Positions 1 to 9,500 of a stretch of DNA of 64,000 bases are shown here, piece by piece. Source of the DNA: a virus (Duplodnaviria > Caudoviricetes); the IMG/VR virus record IMGVR_UViG_3300021399_000126, positions 1 through 64,000 of that record; one strand, 5' to 3'. The notes under the pieces were generated by a model. It did no database searches. It had not been told where the DNA came from and worked only from the letters and a program-made list of their open reading frames with translations. The position numbers and the translations under genes are program-made. Position 1 is the first letter of the stretch. Each line of letters starts with the position of its first letter.

Positions 1-70
1 CCCGGAGACTTTTCGAAGACCGCCGCGATGACATAGGGGGGTGGGTTTTCGCGAGACCCCCCGGGGGTAC
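1..70. other. GC-rich, G/C-run element at the window edge; possible genome-end or packaging-region signal
   Basis: Contains GGGGGGTGGG and CCCCCCGGGGG runs in an AT-rich genome, followed by about 260 nt of AT-rich non-coding DNA downstream of the last gene. Confidence 0.3.
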
Positions 71-405
71 TAAAATCAACTAGAAGTAAGCCAGCCGTCG
101 CCAAAGATTTAACAGAAAGCGGAAACAATAAACAAATTAGTTCTTTAAATTAATTATTAAATAGTTTTTAGTAATTAATTGTGTAACTTACTTGTTAATG
201 ATGCTTTCAATTGGTATGATCAGCACAAGGTTTAAGTAAATTAATTGTTAACAGAATTAATTTATTGATTTATTTACTTTAGTTAAGGAGATGTTTAAAC
301 CTTGTTGACATTTCTAGTTGATTGAAGACCTGGGGGTGTGCGAAGATTTATATAGGGGGGGGGGTATTAAACATGCTTTATATATAGATATTGAATCTAC
401 ATATA

Positions 406-717
406 TTAATTTGTTTCCGCAAACTCTTCTGCATTTGCTTTGCCTTCTTTAATAACTGAATCAAATGAATCAGCTGAAACCTTTCGATACAAATTACTAG
501 GATCATTCTTAACAATCCAATCAATTGCCCTATTAAGTTCACGTTGTGATTCAGCTTCTGTAAATCCATCTGAAAGTGTAGAGACTCTAGCTAGATAACC
601 GCAACTACAATGACCGCTTTTCTCATCAAAGTTATACCATAAATCCCATTGTGTGAATGGATTGTAAGGATTGTCAACAGTTGTTAGCATATAAACAGTT
701 GTGTTTGAATCGCTCAT
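406..717 (-). CDS. Conserved phage hypothetical protein (MLTTVDNPYNPFTQW motif)
   Basis: 103-aa ORF with an AGGAGAG RBS, directly downstream of the RNAP gene. Confidence 0.8.
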   Translation of the reverse strand: MSDSNTTVYMLTTVDNPYNPFTQWDLWYNFDEKSGHCSCGYLARVSTLSDGFTEAESQRELNRAIDWIVKNDPSNLYRKVSADSFDSVIKEGKANAEEFAETN

Positions 718-734
718 GCTATTAACTCTCCTTT

Positions 735-3608
735 CTATTCATTCTCACCATGAACCATCTTATTAACAAGTGATGTAGAACAGCCTAATCTATCGGCTAC
801 TTCTGCTTGTGTATAACCAGATGATAGCATAGCTTTAGCAAGCGCTATATTATTCTTATTAGTACTAATGTATTTAGTTGTGGTATTCTCTTTAGGTGTA
901 GCCATTTGCTTAAGTTCTGTTGAATCCATGTTAGAAATGATCTTCTGCATCATGGTTGAACCAATTGCTCCAGCTTGTATAGCTTCCCATTCTCTATCTG
1001 TTAAATGAACAAGTCTAGCTTTCTTAGAAGCACCAGTTAAAGCTCTTCCTTCTGCTAAAGCAGCATTCTCTATCTTTTTACGCCAATCTCTATCTTCTTT
1101 CTTAGCAGGGTTGTCTTTAAACTGAGCTTTAGTAATACTATTAGCAATTGCCTGAGCTCTTCTCTCTAAAGGTGCATTTAACATTGCTAATTTAACTTTG
1201 TCATTAAGAGAAGCTACTTCTTTAGCATATGTTTGAGCTGCAGAAGGTGATCTTTTTAAAGAAGGAATTTTAACAGACTCAAGTCTAGCTTGATTGGCCA
1301 TCTTCTTTAGCGTATTTGCATATTCGGCATATAGATTTTCTACTCTAGACCCAGTAGATAACTCATATGCATCTTTGGTCTCTGCCATCTGACTAGATTT
1401 GGTACGGTTGTATACTACTTTACCATTCTTATCTGTATAGTGTCTGCCTGTATACTGCCATTCTTTTTCACCTGTCTCTTTGTTTATTTTATACCAGGAT
1501 CTTTCAGGTACATCATACTCATTCTTAGCTCTAGATATCAGAGTAGATGCTCCATGTTTAGATGGATCATTAGGATTAACTTGATATGTTCTTTTTAATT
1601 CTGCAATATTATTATCCTTATAGCATTGTTTCCAGTCAAGTCCATGTTTCTCAGCATCAATAATCATCTGAGCACATTTAACAGCTCTAACAATATCTTC
1701 TGGAGGAGCACCTTTAATTCCCATATCTGTAAGAAGATTTGTACAAATACCCATTTGTCTCTGTTTCATAGTTGACGAAATTACTTTATCTGGATGTAAA
1801 GCTTTTTCTTCATCAGTCATTTTATAAAGCTCTTTTGGTTCGTAATTTCTTAATTCTGCAAATACACCTTCTTGTTTTGTTGTCTTAAAGTTTATTCCTT
1901 TTGTTGGTATAACTAAAACATTATCGCCATCAAAATCAGCTCCTGATAACTGGTGAGCAACATTAGCATTAATTCCAACAGCATCTATGGGTGATGTACC
2001 AAGCATCTTCTTTCCTTCTGCATTAGAGTTGTTTACTCTAAGAACTGGAATCTCAAATGTACCTTGGTGAGGATAACGTATACAAATTACTTCTTCTCCG
2101 TCTTTAAAATTAGTTGCATAGATCTCATTATCCTTTAAAGAAGTAACAGGAAGTATAGCACACGTTTTTTGCCTCGGTAATCCTGCTGCTTTAAGATCTA
2201 CTGCTGATGCATCACATTCTTCTGCAAAATCTATTAAAGCTTTCTTTCTAATTTCAGGATTTGTATACTGAGAAACTTCATCTAATTCTCTTTGTTTTTG
2301 AGCAATGCTTAATCTTAACTGATTTTCAACCAACTTAGTAGGTTGTTTAGCTAAGAACTGTGATGCTAGGTTAGTATTATTAGCCCAACCAGACCAAGTT
2401 CCTTCATCATTTACTTTATTTATAGCTGAAAGATGTTCATTACCATTTTTATCAGCGTACATTGATTGTCCACCAGCCATTATCGATGCACCAAAAGGAC
2501 GCTCCTTATCTACGCCGCCATCTTTAAAATAGTGTTTATTTTTATCTACTTTAGTATCAGCAGTTGATATGAACTTCTTATTTTCAAATTCATACCATCC
2601 TAAATCATTTGGATTCTCGTCACCTTTAGGATCCGCATCAACTTTAACACGTTCCATTTTCTTAAATGCTTTATTAGGACCATCAGCTCTACTTTTATTA
2701 GAGTTTAATATAATGTCATAGCCCTTAGGAACATTGTCAGAATATACAGCCATTCCTTTCAGGTATCTATCACCATCTACTGCTATTCTTACCTGTGAAT
2801 AGTTCGATTTTCCAAGATCAAGATCAGGAACACCTCTTCTTAATTCAATAACACCATCCTTATCAGCTCCACCATCTTCTGCATATTTAATAAATATTCT
2901 TGAAGAATCTATGGACTGAGGAAATTGTGTCTTTCTAAGTATTGGACCATCAGCACTATCATCAAAAGTAATATCTTTTAACGGTTTAACTTGTCCAACG
3001 TCTTTCATTAATTCTGGATATGTTGTATCTTTATCACCAAGTACCATAAAAGTAGTATTCTTTCCAGTACCAAGCTGCTTAACTTTAGGAGTAAATGTTT
3101 GATATCCTTCATCTTTAAGCATTTCCACAGCTGCATCCATTTTAGATCTTGCAACATTTAATCCTATTTCAGTCGATTCGCCAATATCAACAAATCTTTT
3201 CTTCTTTACTTCATCTTCAATTGCATCTTTAACAGCAAATATTACTTTATTTCGCTCTTCTGTCATAGGATCGAGCAAAGTTCTGACATAAGATTCACCC
3301 TTACCACCAAGCATCTTACCTATTGCTTCATTTGTATATCCGGCTTCTCTTTGTCTTTGAGCAAAAGAAATTTCGTCTCTTTTTCTTTGTGATCTTTCGA
3401 TCATGTTCCTTTTATTGAACATATCCATGGAAATACCCATGTCTTCGGCGATCTCTTTATTAGAAAATCCTTTCTTTCTCAACTCGTCTGCTCTGTCTAA
3501 GAACCAACTTTCATGTTGAAAAGGCTCATCTCCTGAACCCCAAGGATATCTACCAGATCTTCTAGGCATTCCATAATGTTGTAATTCGTCCATTCGAAAC
3601 TCGTCCAC
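735..3608 (-). CDS. Single-chain double-psi beta-barrel RNA polymerase (YonO / cellular RdRP-like) with N- and C-terminal HTH motifs
   Basis: RYPH...AVGIN...LSGADFDGDNVLV catalytic-loop signature; Q.IIDAEKHG segment; HTH-like segments GFSNKEIAEDMGIS, GYTNEAIGKMLG and GYTQAEVADRLGCSTSLV. Confidence 0.8.
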   Translation of the reverse strand: MDEFRMDELQHYGMPRRSGRYPWGSGDEPFQHESWFLDRADELRKKGFSNKEIAEDMGISMDMFNKRNMIERSQRKRDEISFAQRQREAGYTNEAIGKMLGGKGESYVRTLLDPMTEERNKVIFAVKDAIEDEVKKKRFVDIGESTEIGLNVARSKMDAAVEMLKDEGYQTFTPKVKQLGTGKNTTFMVLGDKDTTYPELMKDVGQVKPLKDITFDDSADGPILRKTQFPQSIDSSRIFIKYAEDGGADKDGVIELRRGVPDLDLGKSNYSQVRIAVDGDRYLKGMAVYSDNVPKGYDIILNSNKSRADGPNKAFKKMERVKVDADPKGDENPNDLGWYEFENKKFISTADTKVDKNKHYFKDGGVDKERPFGASIMAGGQSMYADKNGNEHLSAINKVNDEGTWSGWANNTNLASQFLAKQPTKLVENQLRLSIAQKQRELDEVSQYTNPEIRKKALIDFAEECDASAVDLKAAGLPRQKTCAILPVTSLKDNEIYATNFKDGEEVICIRYPHQGTFEIPVLRVNNSNAEGKKMLGTSPIDAVGINANVAHQLSGADFDGDNVLVIPTKGINFKTTKQEGVFAELRNYEPKELYKMTDEEKALHPDKVISSTMKQRQMGICTNLLTDMGIKGAPPEDIVRAVKCAQMIIDAEKHGLDWKQCYKDNNIAELKRTYQVNPNDPSKHGASTLISRAKNEYDVPERSWYKINKETGEKEWQYTGRHYTDKNGKVVYNRTKSSQMAETKDAYELSTGSRVENLYAEYANTLKKMANQARLESVKIPSLKRSPSAAQTYAKEVASLNDKVKLAMLNAPLERRAQAIANSITKAQFKDNPAKKEDRDWRKKIENAALAEGRALTGASKKARLVHLTDREWEAIQAGAIGSTMMQKIISNMDSTELKQMATPKENTTTKYISTNKNNIALAKAMLSSGYTQAEVADRLGCSTSLVNKMVHGENE

Positions 3609-3639
3609 GATCCATTCCTCCTCTTACTTCGCGCATCCT

Positions 3640-4191
3640 TTAGTCATTCTGTAAATCTTTTAAAATTTTTGAATACTTTCTAATTTTATCCATAATAGGC
3701 AGTATGATCTCTGCTGTAGGATTATCAATAAGTACTTCATTATTTTGATAAATCCTAGTTTCGATCTTTATATCACCTGGCTTTACAGAATATTCTAAAC
3801 AGAATAAAGCTGCATAAATATAGAGCTGTTCCATATGAGCTTTAATTTTGCCAGTTTTTAAATCGTGGATTCGTAATATATCATTCTTAAATCCTATAGC
3901 ATCTGTTGTACCATAACAAACATCAGAATAATATAATACAACTTCTGGATCTAGTCCAAATCCTATAGCATCGTTAATATGCATTTCAAGAGTATGACCA
4001 TTTGGTTTTTGCTTAATTCTATGTCTTATCGCCATAGCTGCATATTCATGAAGTTCTGTTCCTTCTTGAATAGCTTGAGCAGATTTCCATCTCTCAATTA
4101 CTTTCTTTTCATCATAATTTAACCAATGCCATTGACTAGCTCCTAGGAACGCATGTGATCCCTCAAGATTTGAGTGATTGTTCCATTTCAT
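3640..4191 (-). CDS. PD-(D/E)XK exonuclease (DUF2800 / Cas4-like)
   Basis: HAFLGAS, GTELHEYA, GTTDAI, IHDLKTG and QLYIYA motifs. Confidence 0.7.
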   Translation of the reverse strand: MKWNNHSNLEGSHAFLGASQWHWLNYDEKKVIERWKSAQAIQEGTELHEYAAMAIRHRIKQKPNGHTLEMHINDAIGFGLDPEVVLYYSDVCYGTTDAIGFKNDILRIHDLKTGKIKAHMEQLYIYAALFCLEYSVKPGDIKIETRIYQNNEVLIDNPTAEIILPIMDKIRKYSKILKDLQND

Positions 4192-4453
4192 CTAAGACTT
4201 CCTCCTTATTTTCAGGACTTATAAATCTTGCAAATGACATCTTATGCATTTTTTGAATATAATAATCCTGGTTCGGACGTTTAGATGCTTTTTTGTCTTT
4301 CTTACATTCAAGAGCAGCCCATCTTTTGCCTTTAAGTATTAATAAATCTGGTATACCTTGAATATAATTAGGATCATTTTTGAGCACTATACAATCCGGA
4401 CACCTGCATTTAATGTCATGAATAAGTTTGGATTGAAATTTGTTCTCGTTCAT
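4163..4453 (-). CDS. VRR-NUC domain nuclease / Holliday junction resolvase-like
   Basis: E..FQ, GIPDLLIL, ALECK and RPNQ motifs. Confidence 0.75.
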   Translation of the reverse strand: MNENKFQSKLIHDIKCRCPDCIVLKNDPNYIQGIPDLLILKGKRWAALECKKDKKASKRPNQDYYIQKMHKMSFARFISPENKEEVLDEMEQSLKS

Positions 4454-4534
4454 AATGCCTCCTAGACAAAAATGAAAAGAAAGCTTAAGTATTGCTCAAG
4501 ATAACAATCTCGAGTCTCTACTCTCTTCCTCTCC

Positions 4535-4559
4535 ATTATACAAGCAATAATTTTTGCGA
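4535..4559 (-). promoter_or_regulatory. Phage promoter motif driving the nuclease-RNAP operon
   Basis: TCGCA-N14-TATAAT. Confidence 0.7.
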
Positions 4560-4568
4560 TTTTATTTT

Positions 4569-5789
4569 TTAGTTTGAAAATGATGAATCCCTAAAAATTG
4601 TGGCTGCAAAATTCTTTTCATTAAAATCTTCTTTTAAATCAATACATCTTTTAATAGATTTGTCGATTGAACTATCACTTATTAATGAATAATAATATAA
4701 ATCAACATATAATGTGTTTAATCTATCAATTCGGCCACTTGCTTGTTCCATCATTCTATAGCTATAGTTCAAAGAATAGAATATCATACAATTTGTATCT
4801 ATACAATTCCAGCCTTCAGCACCTGATGCATATTGAACAAGATAAATCCATCTACCGGCTTTTGGTATTGATTGATGTTTGTGACCATTCCATTCAGCAT
4901 ATAAGTATTGTTTGTCTTCACAATATTTTCTTAATGCTTCCAACTCATAGTCAAAATTGTAAAATATAATTATTCTTGAACTATTTTCTAAAATTTTATC
5001 TATTGCTTCAAATCTACTAGGATCATTATTTACAACTTTTCTTATAGCTGACATTAATTGTGCAATATTTTCAAATGGCTCTTGAGTTTCATAATCTTTT
5101 CTCTCATCCATTATGTAGTCATATGAAACTTTATTATACTCAACGGGCACTGTAATATAATGTCTAACTGTATCTCTTTTAAATGGCATTTGAACAAGTA
5201 CCATGCTAAGAAAAGCTTTTAATCTACTAGTCTCGATATATCTATCAACTTTTGGAAACTTAGCAAATCTATTCCAAACTACATGTCTTCTCTCAAACTC
5301 TGTTTTATTCTTGTAAAATCCATTTGCTACAAATACCGGAATATAATCATGCCATTTATCCCCAGGAGTAGCACTTAGCAATATCCATAAGTTTTTCTTT
5401 GTAATTTTATAAAATGATTGTACCCATGCTCCATTGCCAACTACTCTTTGTTCATCGAATATAAAGAAAGCATTTTCAACATCTACATATTTTCCAATAT
5501 TGTTCCAAGAATCTATAGCTTTAGGTTTTATTAATAATGGAGCACACTCCTGTTCCCAATCGCAAGTGTCTCTTTTTCTAGCTGTTGTTATAATATATAA
5601 ATCAACAATATTAGTTGGTTTTTTATAACAAGGTTCATCATTACTATCATAAAGAGAGCCATTACAAATTTTACAAAAATAATATGCTAGAGCTGTAAGC
5701 GACTTCCCAGAACCGACTCCACCACATAAGATGGAGCCAGATCTGAGTTTTCTTATCGCTTCACGTTGATGAGAATATAATTTTATCAA
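4569..5789 (-). CDS. SF2 (SNF2-like) helicase
   Basis: Walker A GVGSGKS, Walker B FIFDEQ, SATPG, GAEGWN and QASGRIDR motifs. Confidence 0.85.
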   Translation of the reverse strand: MIKLYSHQREAIRKLRSGSILCGGVGSGKSLTALAYYFCKICNGSLYDSNDEPCYKKPTNIVDLYIITTARKRDTCDWEQECAPLLIKPKAIDSWNNIGKYVDVENAFFIFDEQRVVGNGAWVQSFYKITKKNLWILLSATPGDKWHDYIPVFVANGFYKNKTEFERRHVVWNRFAKFPKVDRYIETSRLKAFLSMVLVQMPFKRDTVRHYITVPVEYNKVSYDYIMDERKDYETQEPFENIAQLMSAIRKVVNNDPSRFEAIDKILENSSRIIIFYNFDYELEALRKYCEDKQYLYAEWNGHKHQSIPKAGRWIYLVQYASGAEGWNCIDTNCMIFYSLNYSYRMMEQASGRIDRLNTLYVDLYYYSLISDSSIDKSIKRCIDLKEDFNEKNFAATIFRDSSFSN

Positions 5790-6301
5790 TCAATATCTCC
5801 AGTTGCAATACCAATTGCAGAATCGGGAACATCTAAATATTTGCTAGCAAACCTATCTTCTGCTATTGTTACATACATTGATTTGAGATATCCTTTAATA
5901 CCTTTCTTTCCATTAACATCATAATGATAAGGTCTAATAACTAAATCAACTTTCTTAATTTCAGCCCAATCAAGAATATCGATTTCTTCCTCACCAAGTT
6001 TATTCTTTTTAACAGGTTTTCCATCAATTTCTGTAACAAGCCATACAATGGGTTTACTAAATCCATCATAATTAACTTTAACCTGCATATAAGGAACTTC
6101 CTCATCTTCAGGATCACGAGGTTTAAGTGTTCTTACATTCCAACCATCTTTAAGTAATCCATCAGCATCTTCAGGATTTAAAAGAACACAAAAGTTCCTA
6201 TTTCCCTTAGTATTAAATTTTCCTTCTTTTCCAGAAAAGTTCTTAAATCTAAGTTCTGCATTCTCAATTGCTATATCTTCATTCTGTATTTCACGTGCCA
6301 T
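5786..6301 (-). CDS. Putative single-stranded DNA-binding protein (phage OB-fold)
   Basis: Beta-rich sequence, G.KGYLKSMYV segment, acidic C-terminus; lies between replicase and helicase. Confidence 0.6.
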   Translation of the reverse strand: MAREIQNEDIAIENAELRFKNFSGKEGKFNTKGNRNFCVLLNPEDADGLLKDGWNVRTLKPRDPEDEEVPYMQVKVNYDGFSKPIVWLVTEIDGKPVKKNKLGEEEIDILDWAEIKKVDLVIRPYHYDVNGKKGIKGYLKSMYVTIAEDRFASKYLDVPDSAIGIATGDID

Positions 6302-6517
6302 AATTATTTGCTCCTTTCATTTTAAACATCATGGTCTTCTTTTTTAAGTTCTCTTTTATTTCTGATTCGTCTTAATTTTCTAGTGTGTCTTTTCCACCAT
6401 GACCATCCTTCTGGATGATTATTGGCAGATTTACACCAATGCTTTATAAAATTATCTTGAAATGTTGCTTTCTTAATACTTCTACTTCTATTCATTAGTG
6501 TAAACCTCCAAATATAA

Positions 6518-9500
6518 TCATGCTGCACTATTTAATGTTATATTACTAATATCTGTTTCTTCAGGAGCTGTTAACCAATCGATATCTCCATACTGACTAA
6601 TATTAGCAACTGCATCGTCAACAAGATTTTGGTGATATCTCTTGTCAACATCTTTCTCTTTGTGTAAAAGTTCAACTGTTTCAGATTCTAACCATCTAAA
6701 ATCTTTAGCTCCAGTTACGGAATCATATTTAAATCCACCATTTTTCTTGTCTTCTCTCTGTGATACTAACCATCCACCACCGCAACCAGGTTTAATAGGT
6801 GTAAACAAACCAGTCTTTCCAACAAATTTATAATTATGTTCACCTTCTGGCATATTTTCATTAAGATCAAGATAAATTGATGTCGTAACATTCTTGATTT
6901 CGCATAAATCTCTAAATATAATTTGCTCATGACTAAATAAAGTCTTAAATACATATGGTACTGCAAATTGTGTTCCGGTAGCGGTCCATTCTCCACCATG
7001 TTTAGCATTATCACCAGGAACATATCCATACATTGCATTACACATTCCACCAGTCTTATATCTTGCAATATAAACTGCATTATTTACTAAGCACATTTTA
7101 TCATATGTCGCTTCATGCTCAAATGTATATCCATAATCTTCGCCATATTCCATAACAAATTTAATAATTTCAGGAGTTGCATTAGGAATCTTAATTGAGT
7201 CGGTCTTAATATGAGCAACTGTGAATCCTCTCTTTTGAACCTCATGCTTGAGATTAACCATAAATAAGGCTCCACGTTTAGCAACAATATTATCAATATT
7301 TCTAGGATCTTTAAATGGATGCTCGAAACTAGCTGCTGTTAATCCATAAACTGAATTAATTGCTGTCTTTAATGCATTAGCTAAATCGCCTGATGTCATT
7401 GTTCCATCAATAACTTGTTGAATGAATGGCTTAAGCTTACCATTCAGCATATTATTTACAACATCCCATGCTTCATGTTTAATACTTACACGACCTTCAA
7501 CAATATCTCTATATGCTTTTGTAAATCTAGGACCGAACAAGCATTCAGCAATTGTGCTATGAGGATGCATAGATGCGACATCTAACAATGCAACATTAGA
7601 ATACATACCGGGTTCAGCATATACATATCCACCTTCGCCAACTTCTTCACCCATATAAATACTTTTGCCATTATCAAATGTATATCCAGGAAAATATGGT
7701 AATAAACTATTGGCTTCACCATGTCTATGACTCATCATCTTTGGACATGCTTCTCTTATAAATGCTTCAACATCATTTGGTAATGACATTACAGGCTCTG
7801 ATAAATTTCTATAACAGAACTCATTCTGAGGTTTCTTATTATTTTCAAATATAATTCTAGTTGTATGTGCATTAGTTGTATCATTTACTGATAATCCAGA
7901 TAACTCTGCCAATATCTTTCTTGCAGTCCAATCAGCACTTAAATAATGGAATGTTGCTTCTGTTGCTACAACATCATTAACACAATATTCAGCAACTGTC
8001 TCCCACATATCTTCGGGAACTGGTTGATCCCAAGGAAGACCTAACTCTTGGTGATGAATATTTAGTTCAATTTCGAATTTCTTCAAAGATTGTTTATGTG
8101 CTGCTGACGCAAAATCATAAACATCAGTATAGCTCAAATTATAAGCTTCACCAAATAATGAATTTTTACTTCCATTAACAATCCTTTGACTCAGATTATA
8201 TAACTGTTCATTATCATAACCCATTAATCTAGCATAAAGAATATGATTATCATAACGTCTATTATTGAATCCTATAAGATTAAACTTTATAAGTTGCTCG
8301 ATTTGTGAGCTTGTAGGATTTATCCATTTAATACACTCTTTACCATCAGGTTTCCAAACAACAACAAATAAATTCGGAAACACCTCGACATCATAAAAGA
8401 CAATATCATCTTTTTCTGCATTAACAAAATCACTAGATTCTTCAGACTTAAATTTCATGTTATTTACTTTAGCAATGCAATAAGTTGCATGATTTGTACT
8501 GCATGTTGCAAAATATAATATTGCAGGTCTTAAGTCTGTCACATCATAATGCATTCCACTATTATATGCATCTTCAAGAATTTTGTCAATAAAATCAATA
8601 CTAGGCTTTGTACCAGCATGATACTCTTTAGCTAAATTTTTCTTAATTAAAGTTCGTATGCTCTTTTCATTTTTAACTCCATCAAAATTTAACACTTTGT
8701 CCTCCTTCAATGGTAAACCAGAATTTATATGTGTAATTTCACAATTATTGAACTTAGTAAGTTTTCGTCTTAAAGCAGCATTACCAGTGTATACTTTAAT
8801 TTCAATATTATCATCATATACTCGACTAAGTTTACTAACATCTCCATCATAAATATAATGCAGATGTATACCTGCTTCAGACTTACTTAACTCAGCATAA
8901 GTTTTAGGCCACTTACTTGCAGCTTCTAAATTCTTTTGATAATCCTTTTCACCATTTTCATTCTTAATATCAAAATCTATAATAATAAGATTTTCAGGAG
9001 TTTTGACATAATGCAATTTTGTTGTGTCAAGATCACCCAACTTAGTTATAACATTTTCCCATTTTCTACTTGGTGTATCGTCTGCTTTAGTATATTGAGC
9101 CAAACAATCAGAATATAATTCATCAAATATATTCTTTGCTTCATCTGGGCTTACGAATGTTAACCATTCAGGAACTTTCTCATTTGAAGTCTCATTTTTA
9201 TCAACATCTACCTCATCTTCAATGTTAAATAATTCTTTTTTAAATCCTCTAAACAAATAATGTACAATATTACCATCCTTATTTCTGGCTGTATCTTTAT
9301 ATTCATTCCAATAGTTTGAAAACTCACTCTTAAATCTCATTTTTGGAAGAACATATTTTTCATTTGAATCGACACAATATGTTTTATATATTTCATAAGC
9401 AGCTTTTAAAGTTACTTCATTTTCATTTTTAAAATACACATAATTATCTTTGACAAAATTAAAGAAGTAGTCTGTTTGCTCTTGCATCAATAATGGTTTA

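Noticed and set aside
305-343. TTGACA host promoter or TCGCA phage promoter near the left end
   Set aside because: No matching hexamer at the required spacing for either
735-3608. True RNA-dependent RNA polymerase
   Set aside because: The motif similarity to cellular RdRPs reflects the shared two-barrel fold; the dsDNA phage context and promoter repeats favour DNA-dependent activity
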